Positions 38,618 through 47,450 are shown, counted from the first letter of the stretch. The stretch is DNA of 64,000 nt from a bacterium (GCA_035308905.1 DATGFS010000042.1:3093-67092), one strand, 5' to 3'. Notes: generated from the letters alone by a model not told the origin. Numbers and translations: made by a program.

Positions 38618-39228
38618 GCGCCGCGACATCACGGCCGGGTGAACCGGCACGCCCGTCGGGACCGTGGGCGGTGGCGGCGCTGCTCGGCCTCGCCGTGGTG
38701 TTGGGGGTGACCGGGTGGTGGATCACCACGTACAACCGGCTCGTGCAGGCCCGTATGGCCGTCGACACGCAGTGGGCGCAGGTCGAGGCGCAATATCAGC
38801 GCCGCGTCGATCTCATTCCCTCGCTCGTGTCGGCGGCATCCGGCCAGCTGGCGCAAGAACGGCAGGTCTTTGGCGCGATCGCAGCGGCCCGGACGGCATA
38901 TCTCGGCGCGCCGGCCGGCTCGGCTGAACGCGTCCGCGCGGCGACGGCGCTGGAAGCGCCCGTCGGCCGGTTGATCGGCATCGTCGAGGCGTCGCCCGAT
39001 CTACGCGGCCGGGAGGCGGTGGCCGCGCTGATGGACGAGCTGGCGGGCACCGAAAACCGCATCGCCGTCGAGCGGCGGCGGTACAACGACCGCGTGCGCG
39101 TCTACAACACGCTCGTCCAGCAGATCCCCTCGGCGTTGGTCGCGTCGGCGGGAGGATTTCAGCCGCGGCCGTACTTCGAGGCCGCCGGGTCCGCGGCGGT
39201 CCCGCCAACCGTGAGACTGTCGCCGTAA
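38614..39228 (+). CDS. LemA family protein (second copy)
   Basis: TM plus LemA domain; 50-60 % identical in pattern to the first copy; GTG start overlaps the preceding stop. Confidence 0.75.
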   Translation: MSAATSRPGEPARPSGPWAVAALLGLAVVLGVTGWWITTYNRLVQARMAVDTQWAQVEAQYQRRVDLIPSLVSAASGQLAQERQVFGAIAAARTAYLGAPAGSAERVRAATALEAPVGRLIGIVEASPDLRGREAVAALMDELAGTENRIAVERRRYNDRVRVYNTLVQQIPSALVASAGGFQPRPYFEAAGSAAVPPTVRLSP

Positions 39229-39254
39229 CCGTGGGGATTGACAGACCTTGGCGG

Positions 39255-39268
39255 TTGGGCTAGCCTAA
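39255..39268. promoter_or_regulatory. Imperfect palindrome TTGGGCTAGCCTAA 40 nt upstream of efeU; candidate iron-box (IdeR/DtxR-like)
   Basis: Core GGCTAGCC is a perfect palindrome; TAGCCTAACC resembles the TAGGCTAACC half of the IdeR consensus; a TTGACT-containing promoter-like element follows at 39283. Confidence 0.3.
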
Positions 39269-39307
39269 CCCGCGGGCGAGATTGTTGACTAGACCAGTGA
39301 ACAATAC

Positions 39308-40183
39308 ATGATCAGCGCGTTCTTGATCACGCTCAGGGAAGGCTTGGAGATGTCCCTGATCGTGGGCATCCTGCTCGCGTATCTCGCCCGCACCGGGCAC
39401 CGCCGCGAGTTTCCCGCCGTGTGGGCGGGCGTCGCCTTTGCCGCCCTGGTCAGTCTGGCCGCCGGCGGCATCATCTTTGCGACGGCGGGAGAGTTCACCG
39501 GACGCGGCGAGCAGTTGTTCGAAGCGACGGCGTTCTTCACGGCCGTCGCGGTGCTGACCTACATGATCTTCTGGATGCGGCGGGAGGCGGTAACGATACG
39601 CGCCTCGCTGCAGGCCAGAATGAGCGAGGCGCTGCAGGCGGGATCGCGCGCCGCGCTCGTCGTGCTCGCGTGGGTGTCCGTCGGACGCGAGGGCATCGAA
39701 ACGGCGCTGTTCTTCTTTGCCACCGTGCGGGCGTCGTCGCCGTTCGCCGCGGGACTCGGCGGGACGCTCGGTCTCGGGACGGCGGTGCTGTTGGGATGGC
39801 TGCTCTACCGCGGCACATACCGGCTCGATCTCCGTATGTTCTTCAACATCACCAGCGCGCTGCTGCTGTTTGTCGGCGCGGGCCTGCTCACGCGCGGCAT
39901 CGGCGAGCTGCACGAGGCCGGGCTCATTCCGGCGCTCGTCGAGCACGTGTGGAATTCGAACCGGCTCGTGAGTCAGACGTCGACGATGGGCAGCCTCCTC
40001 GAGGCGATGTTTGGCTACACAAGCACGCCGTCGCTCGCGCAGGTGATCGCCTACGCCGTCTACCTGGCCGCCGTTGGGTGGTCATACCTCCGCCCGGTGC
40101 GGATGCCGGCCGGCCCGCGGCCGTCCGGAAGGGCGGCGCGGCTGGTCGACCGCGCGGCGCAGCCGGGGCACCCCCGCGCATGA
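39308..40183 (+). CDS. efeU: FTR1/EfeU family high-affinity iron permease
   Basis: Two REGxE motifs (REGLEMSL, REGIETAL), seven TM segments. Confidence 0.8.
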   Translation: MISAFLITLREGLEMSLIVGILLAYLARTGHRREFPAVWAGVAFAALVSLAAGGIIFATAGEFTGRGEQLFEATAFFTAVAVLTYMIFWMRREAVTIRASLQARMSEALQAGSRAALVVLAWVSVGREGIETALFFFATVRASSPFAAGLGGTLGLGTAVLLGWLLYRGTYRLDLRMFFNITSALLLFVGAGLLTRGIGELHEAGLIPALVEHVWNSNRLVSQTSTMGSLLEAMFGYTSTPSLAQVIAYAVYLAAVGWSYLRPVRMPAGPRPSGRAARLVDRAAQPGHPRA

Positions 40184-40635
40184 CGGCCCCGGCCGCCGTC
40201 GTCCGCACGATCGCCGTGGCGCTTTGGGTCGGCGCCATGGCGGGGCTCGACTTCATCGACGCGCCGCTGCGCTTCGCGACGCCCGCGTTGACGCGCAACC
40301 AGGCGGTTGCGCTCGGGCAGGCGGTGTTCGCGCGGTTCAACCGGATCGAGCTGGCCTGCGGAATCGTCGCGCTGGCCGCGGCGGTCGGAGCCCGGTCGGC
40401 CCGCTGGACCGTCGCGGTCACGGCGGTGATGCTGGCGCTCGTCGCCGCGCAGACCTTCTACCTGACGCCCGAGATCACACGCCTCGCCGCCGGGTTGGAC
40501 TTCGTCAATCGAACGCCCGGCGATCCGCGATACGCCGCGATCCGCTCGCTGCACGGCATCTACGCGGTGATGGAGCTCGTGATCTTCGCCGGCGGCATCG
40601 CCGTGCTGTCCGGCTGGTCGCTGCTCCGGCGCTGA
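40180..40635 (+). CDS. DUF4149-like membrane protein, translationally coupled to the iron permease
   Basis: Four TM helices; ATGA overlap with the efeU stop. Confidence 0.5.
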   Translation: MTAPAAVVRTIAVALWVGAMAGLDFIDAPLRFATPALTRNQAVALGQAVFARFNRIELACGIVALAAAVGARSARWTVAVTAVMLALVAAQTFYLTPEITRLAAGLDFVNRTPGDPRYAAIRSLHGIYAVMELVIFAGGIAVLSGWSLLRR

Positions 40636-40727
40636 TCTCCGCCCACGCCCCGACCGCGCCGTCGGGTTCCGGGGGATCACCCCGCGCGCCCGTCGAACTT
40701 CGCCCTCGGGGAACCGGGAGGTTTGCG

Positions 40728-41483
40728 ATGCGGACGGCGTGGTTCATTCCCTGCGGGCGCCTGGCGTACGGCGACGCGTGGGCGCTGCAGAAGTCGCTGC
40801 TCGCGGCGCGTCAGGCGGGCGCCGTGCCCGACGCGGTTCTCTTCGTGGAGCATCCGCCGGTGATTACGTTGGGGCGCGCCGCGCGCGCCTCGAACGTCCT
40901 GGCCGCGCCGGGGATGCTTGCCGCGCGCGGCATCGACCTCTTCCAGATCGAGCGGGGTGGGGACGTCACCTACCATGGCCCCGGCCAGCTCGTCGGGTAT
41001 CCGATCGTGGATCTGCGCGCGTACGGCGAAGACATCGGGCGCTACGTGCGGACCCTCGAGGCGGCGCTGATCGACGCGTTGGGCACGTGGCGGATCACCG
41101 CGGAGCGTCTGCACGGGTTCCCGGGCGTCTGGGCCGGCGGTGCGAAGGTGGCGGCGATCGGCGTCTCGGTGAAGCGAAAGGTCACGATGCACGGCTTCGC
41201 GCTGAACGTCGACCCGGATCTGGCGGCGTTTGACCTTATCAACCCGTGCGGGCTCGGCCGGCCGGTGACCTCGATCGCCCGCCTGCTCGGCCGGCCGGTC
41301 GGTCTCGACGAGGCGGGTCCGGTGGTCGCACAGACGCTCGCCGAGGCGCTGGAGGTACGTTGGGAGCCGCGGACGGTCGAGGACGTTCGCGCCGACCTCG
41401 CGACGGCGGCCGTGGATGACGGCGCGGGCCGCGAGACGCGAATTGCCGTGCCGGCAGCCGTGAAATCACAGCCGGACGCGTGA
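40728..41483 (+). CDS. lipB: Lipoyl(octanoyl) transferase
   Basis: HPPVITLGR…GGDVTYHGPGQLVGYPI…VSVKRKVTMHGFALNV: LipB motifs; RBS GGGAGG. Confidence 0.8.
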   Translation: MRTAWFIPCGRLAYGDAWALQKSLLAARQAGAVPDAVLFVEHPPVITLGRAARASNVLAAPGMLAARGIDLFQIERGGDVTYHGPGQLVGYPIVDLRAYGEDIGRYVRTLEAALIDALGTWRITAERLHGFPGVWAGGAKVAAIGVSVKRKVTMHGFALNVDPDLAAFDLINPCGLGRPVTSIARLLGRPVGLDEAGPVVAQTLAEALEVRWEPRTVEDVRADLATAAVDDGAGRETRIAVPAAVKSQPDA

Positions 41484-41494
41484 GAGGAGCGCCG

Positions 41495-42451
41495 ATGGGA
41501 CAAGACGTCGTTTCAGTTGGGCCGCTGCACGCCGCGCCGGGCGCAAAGGTGACCGGGCTCGTGCCGGTTCCGGGCACGCCGATCGAAATGCCGGTGACCA
41601 TCGTGAACGGAACCGCCGCCGGTCCGCGCCTGGCGATCACGGCGGGCGTTCACGGGGGGGAGTACCCGGGCATCGAGGCCGCGATCCGCACCGCGGCCGG
41701 CCTCGAGGCCCGGGACGTGCGCGGTACCGTCGTCATCGTGCACATCGTGGACGTGCCGGCGTTCGCGGCGCGCAGCATCTACGTCTGCCCGCTCGACGGC
41801 AAGAACCCCAACCGGGTGTTCCCGGGCAGGGCGGACGGCACGGCCAGCGAGCGGCTCGCCCACACGCTGTTTACCGAGGTCATCGCGCCGAGCGACGCGT
41901 ACGTCGACCTCCACGGCGGCGACATCAACGAGGCGCTGGTGCCGTTTACGATCATCGTCGAGACGGGGAACGCCGACGTCGACGCGCGCGCCCGCGATCT
42001 CGCGCGCGTGTACGGCATCCGGTACGTCGTGCGCGGCCGCGTCGGCGGCGGCACTTACGCCGCCGCGGCGCAGCGCAACATCCCGGCGATTCTCACCGAG
42101 GCCGGCGGACAGGGGCTCCTGGACGAGCCGTCGCTGCAGACGCACCTGCGCGGCCTGCGCAACGTCCTGCGGCATCTGCGCCTGATCGACGGCGCGCCTG
42201 ATCGGGTCGAGCCCGTGACGACGCTCGGGCGGCTCCATTGGGTGTCGTCGCAGCACACGGGCCTCTTTTACGTCGAGGTGGCGCCCGGCGATCGTGTGGA
42301 GAGCGGCCGGCGAATCGGTGAGTTTCGGGACTACTTCGGCCGCCGCCTCGCGGAGCTGCGGTCGCCTGCCGCCGGCATCGTGCTCTTCACGGTCACGACG
42401 CCGGCGACAAACCCCAACGATCCGCTGTTTGCGGTGGGCGAGCCTGAGTAG
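41495..42451 (+). CDS. Succinylglutamate desuccinylase/aspartoacylase (AstE/AspA) family zinc hydrolase
   Basis: …ITAGVHGGEYPGIEA…DLHGGD… family motifs; RBS GAGAGGAG. Confidence 0.7.
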   Translation: MGQDVVSVGPLHAAPGAKVTGLVPVPGTPIEMPVTIVNGTAAGPRLAITAGVHGGEYPGIEAAIRTAAGLEARDVRGTVVIVHIVDVPAFAARSIYVCPLDGKNPNRVFPGRADGTASERLAHTLFTEVIAPSDAYVDLHGGDINEALVPFTIIVETGNADVDARARDLARVYGIRYVVRGRVGGGTYAAAAQRNIPAILTEAGGQGLLDEPSLQTHLRGLRNVLRHLRLIDGAPDRVEPVTTLGRLHWVSSQHTGLFYVEVAPGDRVESGRRIGEFRDYFGRRLAELRSPAAGIVLFTVTTPATNPNDPLFAVGEPE

Positions 42452-42455
42452 CCGG

Positions 42456-43100
42456 TCAGCGGCGCCGGCGTGTCCTCGCGGCCGCCGGCCGGCGGGCGAC
42501 GATCCGGCCGAGCGCGAGCGTGCGGCGCCCCGCGCGGCACAGCCCGTCTTTCGTGTAGAGCACGTTCCATCCGCGCAGGACGCGACGGAGCTCCCCCGGC
42601 CGAAGCCGGTATTTCGGTCCCGCGGGACCGTCCGCTTCATCCGCGACGAGGTGCGTTTCGAAGATGAGGATGCCGCCGGGACGCACCGCGGCGCGCAGCG
42701 CGGGGAACAACCGCCGGTTGAGATAGAACGCGTTGACGACGACGTCGTACCGTCCGCGCGCGGGACGCCAGCGGTCCAGATCCGCGGCGATCCAGCGGAT
42801 GCCGCGCAGTCCCTCCCGGCGCGCCCGTCGCGCCGCTTCCCGCAGTGCCGTCGGCGAGATGTCGACCGCGTCGACCTGATAACCGGCGCGTGCGAGGTGC
42901 AGCGCGTTGCGGCCGAGCCCGGTCGCGACGTCGAGCGCGCGCGGCGCGGGCGCCTTCGGCAGCCAGCGGCGAAGCAGGCCCGACGGCGGCCCGTCGTGAG
43001 GACGGCTGCCGGCGCGGTAGCGGGCGTCCCATTTCGTGCGATCGGCCTTCACGGCGACATGATACCTCGAGGGAGGAAAAGCCGGAGGCACGGACCGCAC
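42456..43100 (-). CDS. Class I SAM-dependent methyltransferase
   Basis: Motif I LDVATGLGRNALHLARAGYQVDAVDIS. Confidence 0.65.
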   Translation of the reverse strand: MRSVPPAFPPSRYHVAVKADRTKWDARYRAGSRPHDGPPSGLLRRWLPKAPAPRALDVATGLGRNALHLARAGYQVDAVDISPTALREAARRARREGLRGIRWIAADLDRWRPARGRYDVVVNAFYLNRRLFPALRAAVRPGGILIFETHLVADEADGPAGPKYRLRPGELRRVLRGWNVLYTKDGLCRAGRRTLALGRIVARRPAAARTRRRR

Positions 43101-43151
43101 GGTCCGTGCCTCCGGGACTGGCCGCGTCGACCGCGCCGCGGACGGCGCAGG

Positions 43152-43574
43152 CTACATCGGTTCCTCGTCTTCGTCGCTCTCCGTTTCGGTCTCGTGATCT
43201 TCCGTGCCCCAGATCGGCCGCGCCGGCGCCGGATTGCTCGGGGAGGGGGCGATCGGCGGAAGCGCCGGGGTCAGCGTGCCGAGCGTGGTCTGTATGGACG
43301 CCGCCGGCGCCTTTGCCGCGGCCTTCCGCCTGGGCGCCGCCCGCCGTGCGGGCCGCCGCGCCGTCCGCTTCGCTTTGGTGGCGGTCCGCGCACGGGTTCC
43401 GGTTCGCTTCGCGCCCGTGCGGCGGCGGGTCGACCCCGCGCGCCGCTTCCGGGCCGGCCGCGCCGACGACCGGCTTCTCGCGGCGCCCGCGCGCTTGCGG
43501 CGCGACCGCGTGATAGCGCGGCCCTTGCGGGACGAAGTCTTGGCCCGCTTCTTCCGCCGGGTCTTACTCGCCAT
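43152..43574 (-). CDS. Histone H1/Hc1-like Lys/Arg/Ala-rich DNA-binding protein with Pro-rich linker and acidic C-terminal tail
   Basis: Strong RBS AAGGAGG 7 nt upstream of the ATG; deliberate Lys codons in a high-GC genome; MASKTRRKKRAKTSSRKGRA…EDHETETESDEDEEPM. Confidence 0.55.
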   Translation of the reverse strand: MASKTRRKKRAKTSSRKGRAITRSRRKRAGAARSRSSARPARKRRAGSTRRRTGAKRTGTRARTATKAKRTARRPARRAAPRRKAAAKAPAASIQTTLGTLTPALPPIAPSPSNPAPARPIWGTEDHETETESDEDEEPM

Positions 43575-43851
43575 ACGTGAACCTCCTTGTCGGCCTGATT
43601 GCGCGCGGTCCTTCGACGGTTCTGGAGCATTTCCTTTCCCGGGCGGGGCGGACCGCGCGCCGGAACGAGCGGCGCCGGCAGGTCTGACGCGGGGCCGCGG
43701 TGGGCAGATTGATGGACAGCGCGCCGGGGGGCGCGCGGGAGGAGTTTCATAGGCTGCGACGAAGAGTAGCCCCGCATTTTAGCGGGGCCGCATTCGCCCC
43801 TCGATACCGACTCGTCGCAGTTCGTCATCATAACACCGGCCGAGGCAGCGG

Positions 43852-45027
43852 ATGCGGAGCCGTATCCGGGTCATCATAGGCTGTGTCGCGCTCGTCTCGA
43901 CGCTGGTCGCGTGGAACACCTCCGCGTGGCCGTCCTCCGCGCCTACCCGTCAGGTCCGTACGTCCGCGCCGTCCCGCGTCTCCGCGCAGGCGCGGCTGCA
44001 GCAGGTCCAGCAGCGGCTCGCCGACCGCCAGCGTCAGCTGGCGAAGACGAGACACGATGAACACCGCGTGCTGGGCGAGCTGTCCCGGACCGAGGAGAAG
44101 CTCCACGTCGCGGAGACTCAGCTGCACAAGACGACCGCGGCCCTCGGCGGCACCCGGCAGGCGGTCGCGGACGCCAACGACGCGCTGCGCGTGGTGTCGC
44201 GCCGGCTGGCCGTTCATGAGCAGTTGATGGAGGAGCGCCTGCAAGCGTTCTACAAAGACGGCCCGCTCGGCTATCTCGACGTGCTGCTCGGCGCCACGGA
44301 TTTCCGTGATTTTGTCGCGCGCTCCTATCTGGTCGGTCTGATCATCTCGCGGGATCTCCGGCTCTACGAGCAGGTGACGGAAGAGCGCGACCGCCGGGAC
44401 GCCGTCGAGACGACGCTCAAGCAGCGCGAGGCCGATCTCGCGACGCAGCAGCGGCAGTGGACCGTGAGCCGCCAGGAGACGGCCGCCCTCGCGGAACAGC
44501 GCCGCCGCATGCTGTCGCAGCTCCGCGTCCAACGTGAGATGCAGGAAGCGGCGGTCCGCGAGCTGGAGGCCGAATCGTTCCGAATCGCCGACATGATCCG
44601 CCGCCAGCAGCGCGGTCTGCACCGCGGCGCGCGGCTCAGCCTGCTGGCGGGCTCGTTTGTCTGGCCGGCGTCGGGACCGATTACCTCCGGATTCGGCTGG
44701 CGCATCGATCCGTTCATCCACCGCCGCGCGCTGCACACCGGCATCGACATCGCCGTACCGTGGGGCACGCCGGTCGAAGCCGCGGACGGCGGCACCGTGC
44801 TGTATGTCGGCTGGATGACCGGATACGGCAACGTCGTGGTGCTGGATCACGGCAACGGCGTGTCCACCGTGTACGGGCATCTGTCGTCGTACGTCGTACA
44901 CGCCGGCGAGGCCGTCACGCGCGGGCAGGTGATCGCCCGCGTCGGCGCCACGGGCTGGAGCACCGGGCCGCATCTGCATTTCGAGGTGCGCCAGGACGGC
45001 CAGCCGGTCGATCCGCTCGCCCCGTAA
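43852..45027 (+). CDS. M23 family peptidase with coiled-coil N-terminal domain (EnvC/murein hydrolase activator-like)
   Basis: Signal/TM segment, long coiled coil, LytM domain (HTGIDIAVPWGTPV…GNVVVLDHGNG…HLHFEV). Confidence 0.8.
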   Translation: MRSRIRVIIGCVALVSTLVAWNTSAWPSSAPTRQVRTSAPSRVSAQARLQQVQQRLADRQRQLAKTRHDEHRVLGELSRTEEKLHVAETQLHKTTAALGGTRQAVADANDALRVVSRRLAVHEQLMEERLQAFYKDGPLGYLDVLLGATDFRDFVARSYLVGLIISRDLRLYEQVTEERDRRDAVETTLKQREADLATQQRQWTVSRQETAALAEQRRRMLSQLRVQREMQEAAVRELEAESFRIADMIRRQQRGLHRGARLSLLAGSFVWPASGPITSGFGWRIDPFIHRRALHTGIDIAVPWGTPVEAADGGTVLYVGWMTGYGNVVVLDHGNGVSTVYGHLSSYVVHAGEAVTRGQVIARVGATGWSTGPHLHFEVRQDGQPVDPLAP

Positions 45028-45092
45028 GACCCGTCCGCGGCCGCCGCGTGCTTGAACTCCCCATAGGCCCGTGCTAGACTCCTCCCTGACTC

Positions 45093-45118
45093 GGAATACG
45101 GCGCGGGACTGCGGCGTT
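45093..45118 (+). promoter_or_regulatory. SigR/SigH-type ECF promoter GGAAT-N18-GTT upstream of cysO
   Basis: GGAAT 45093-45097, 18-nt spacer, GTT 45116-45118; matches the Streptomyces SigR / mycobacterial SigH consensus; a cognate sigma/anti-sigma pair is encoded 3 kb downstream. Confidence 0.5.
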
Positions 45119-45275
45119 CGCCAAAGTGACATGAGGAGCGGGACACCCTTCAGGGACGGCGGTATGACTCGGATGCTCCACTGCATCTGTACGAGCGGGA
45201 ACCGCCTGGCGGCGGAGGTGCGCCGCCGGGGTTAAGCGCGGGCGTCCGAATTTTCGTATTGCGTGCACCATGACT

Positions 45276-45311
45276 CGGCCGCGGCGCCCGTCCCGCGGCC
45301 GTGATGTTTTT
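45276..45311 (+). terminator. Terminator-like hairpin plus T5 within the cysO 5' leader (possible attenuator)
   Basis: Stem CGGCCGCGG / CCGCGGCCG (9 bp), 8-nt loop, then TGATG-TTTTT; located 27 nt upstream of the cysO ATG and about 160 nt downstream of the candidate promoter. Confidence 0.4.
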
Positions 45312-45337
45312 CGGAGAGTTGAGGAGGTGGCGCGACG

Positions 45338-45610
45338 ATGGCGCAGGTATATCTGCCGACGCCGCTGCGCCGGCTGACGAACGGCCGGGCGCGCGTCCTC
45401 ACGGCGGGCGGCACGGTCGAAGAGGCGCTCGCCGATTTGGAACGGGAATTTCCCGGGCTGCGGGAGCAGCTGCGCGACCCAAACGGCGAGGTGCGCAGCT
45501 TCATCAACGTGTTCGTCAACGGGACGGAGATCCGGCGGCTGCAGGGCGCGGCAACCCCGGTCCATGCGACCGACGAGATCTCGATCGTTCCCGCAATGGC
45601 CGGAGGCTAG
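45338..45610 (+). CDS. cysO: MoaD/ThiS-family sulfur carrier protein (CysO-like), C-terminal GG
   Basis: 90 aa beta-grasp ending …VPAMAGG; genomic context with cysM and mec. Confidence 0.75.
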   Translation: MAQVYLPTPLRRLTNGRARVLTAGGTVEEALADLEREFPGLREQLRDPNGEVRSFINVFVNGTEIRRLQGAATPVHATDEISIVPAMAGG

Positions 45611-45671
45611 CGCGGTGGAGCTCTCGCTGCGCCGCCGCCCGCCCGCGGCACCGCCTGCCGGTGCGGGGGCC

Positions 45672-46481
45672 ATGCCGGCGCTGCGGGTCTGGGCGACGGA
45701 CCGCCTGCTGCTGCACGAGGAGGCGGACGCCGCGCGGGTCCGGCGCCTCGAGGACGCGCTTCGGCGCGACGGCGTGCTGCGCAATCCGCCGATCGTCGCG
45801 CCCCTCGAGGACGGACGCGCCGTCGTGCTCGACGGCGCGAACCGCGTCACCGCGCTTCGCGCGCTCGGGCTGCCCCACGTGGTCGCGCAGCCGGTCGCCT
45901 ACGACGATCCGCACGTCGGCCTCTTGGTTTGGCGGCACTATGCGGCGGAGGCTGCTCCGGGTGCGCTCCGCGCGGCCGTGTCGGCCGCGGGCTTTGGGAT
46001 CACGGCGCCGGCCGGGGACGAGGCCGGCGCGGAGTCGCAAATCGCCGCGGGCGGCCTTGCCGCGATCGTCGATGCCCGGGGCGGGGTCGTGCTCCGGTGC
46101 GCCGGCGGGCCGGCGGCCAACGCCGACGCGCTGTGCCGGTTGACGGCGCTCTACCGGGACGGACGGCCGGTCCACCGCGTCGAGGCCGGCAGGCTCGATG
46201 ACCTGCGCGGCGCTTACGGCCCTGGGGCGCTGGTGCTCTTCCGCCGCTTCGAGAAATCGGACATTCTCGATCTCAGCCTTGCCGGCGGGCGCCTGCCCGC
46301 CGGGATCACGCGGCACGTCATTCCGGGACGGGCGCTGCGCGTGAACACGCCGCTCGCCTGGCTGGCGGATGGGATCGACCTGGGCGTCAAGCAGGCCGCG
46401 CTGGACGCGCAGGTCCAGCAGCGATGGCAGGCGCACGGCGTGCGCTACTACGCCGAGCCCACGTTCTTGTTCGACGAGTAG
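45672..46481 (+). CDS. ParB/sulfiredoxin-fold (ParB N-terminal-like) domain protein of unknown function
   Basis: N-terminus …VLRNPPIVAPLEDGRAVVLDGANRVTALRALGLPHVV… resembles the ParB/Srx NTP-binding motif; alternative GTG start at 45615. Confidence 0.45.
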   Translation: MPALRVWATDRLLLHEEADAARVRRLEDALRRDGVLRNPPIVAPLEDGRAVVLDGANRVTALRALGLPHVVAQPVAYDDPHVGLLVWRHYAAEAAPGALRAAVSAAGFGITAPAGDEAGAESQIAAGGLAAIVDARGGVVLRCAGGPAANADALCRLTALYRDGRPVHRVEAGRLDDLRGAYGPGALVLFRRFEKSDILDLSLAGGRLPAGITRHVIPGRALRVNTPLAWLADGIDLGVKQAALDAQVQQRWQAHGVRYYAEPTFLFDE

Positions 46482-46484
46482 GGG

Positions 46485-47450
46485 ATGACGGCTCCGTCCC
46501 GCGCCACCCGCGGTCCGTCCCCGCGCCCGGCGCACCGGCCGGCGGGAACGTCTCTGCTCGACCAGATCGGCAACACCCCGCTGCTGCGGCTCGAGCGCGT
46601 GACGGCCTCGCTTCCGTCCGCGGTGGAAGTCTACGTGAAAGCGGAGTGGTTCAATCCCGGCGGGTCCGTCAAGGACCGGCCGGTTCTACGCATGCTCACC
46701 GACGCGGAGCGCGACGGGCGCCTCAGGTCGGGCGTCACCATTCTCGACTCTACCTCCGGCAACGCCGGGATCGCCTATGCAATGATCGGCGCCGTGAAGG
46801 GCTATCCCGTGGAGCTCGTGATGCCCGCGAGCGCGAGCGAGGAGCGCAAGCGGATCATCGCGGCCTACGGCGCGCGCATTGTTCTCTCCGATCCACTGGA
46901 GGGCAGCGACGGGGCGATCTTGCTCGCCCGGCAGGTCCACGCCGGCTCCCCGGACCGGTACTTCAAGCCGGACCAGTACAATAATCCGTCCAATCCGCTC
47001 GCCCACTACGACACGACGGCGGTCGAGATCCTCGAGCAGACGTCCGGCCGGGTGACGCACTTTGTCGCCGGTCTCGGTACAACCGGGACCGTGGTCGGCG
47101 CGGGCCGGCGGCTGCATGAAGCGGACCCGCGCATCCGGGTCGTGGCCGTGGAACCGGACGCGCCCCTCCACGGGCTCGAAGGGCTCAAGCACATCGCCTC
47201 GTCCATCGTGCCGGGAATCTACGATCCCGCGGTACACGACGATAAGGTAAGTGTCACGACCGAAGCCGGGTACGCGATGGCGCGGCGGCTTGCGCGGGAG
47301 GAAGGCATGCTGGTCGGCGAGTCCGCGGGCGCCGCCGTGGAGGCGGCGCTGCATGTCGCGGCGGATCTTCCTCGCGGGGTGATCGTGGTGATCGCCCCCG
47401 ACGCGGGGGACCGCTACTTCAGTACGGCGCTGTGGCGCGGCCTGACCTGA
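46485..47450 (+). CDS. cysM: PLP-dependent cysteine synthase (CysM-type, CysO-thiocarboxylate/O-phosphoserine-dependent)
   Basis: …NPGGSVKDR…TSGNAGIAYA…GTTGT… PLP fold-type II motifs. Confidence 0.8.
   Translation: MTAPSRATRGPSPRPAHRPAGTSLLDQIGNTPLLRLERVTASLPSAVEVYVKAEWFNPGGSVKDRPVLRMLTDAERDGRLRSGVTILDSTSGNAGIAYAMIGAVKGYPVELVMPASASEERKRIIAAYGARIVLSDPLEGSDGAILLARQVHAGSPDRYFKPDQYNNPSNPLAHYDTTAVEILEQTSGRVTHFVAGLGTTGTVVGAGRRLHEADPRIRVVAVEPDAPLHGLEGLKHIASSIVPGIYDPAVHDDKVSVTTEAGYAMARRLAREEGMLVGESAGAAVEAALHVAADLPRGVIVVIAPDAGDRYFSTALWRGLT

Noticed and set aside
42294-43752. Plus-strand ORFs (42294-43580, 43204-43752) overlapping the methyltransferase and histone-like genes
   Set aside because: Low-complexity Arg/Ala/Gly translations without motifs; the minus-strand histone-like ORF has a strong RBS and deliberate Lys codons.
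45030-45337. Possible riboswitch (SAM or Cys-related) in the cysO leader
   Set aside because: Could not recognise SAM-I/SAM-IV, T-box or other known riboswitch cores by eye; retained only as promoter plus terminator-like hairpin, needing an Rfam scan.
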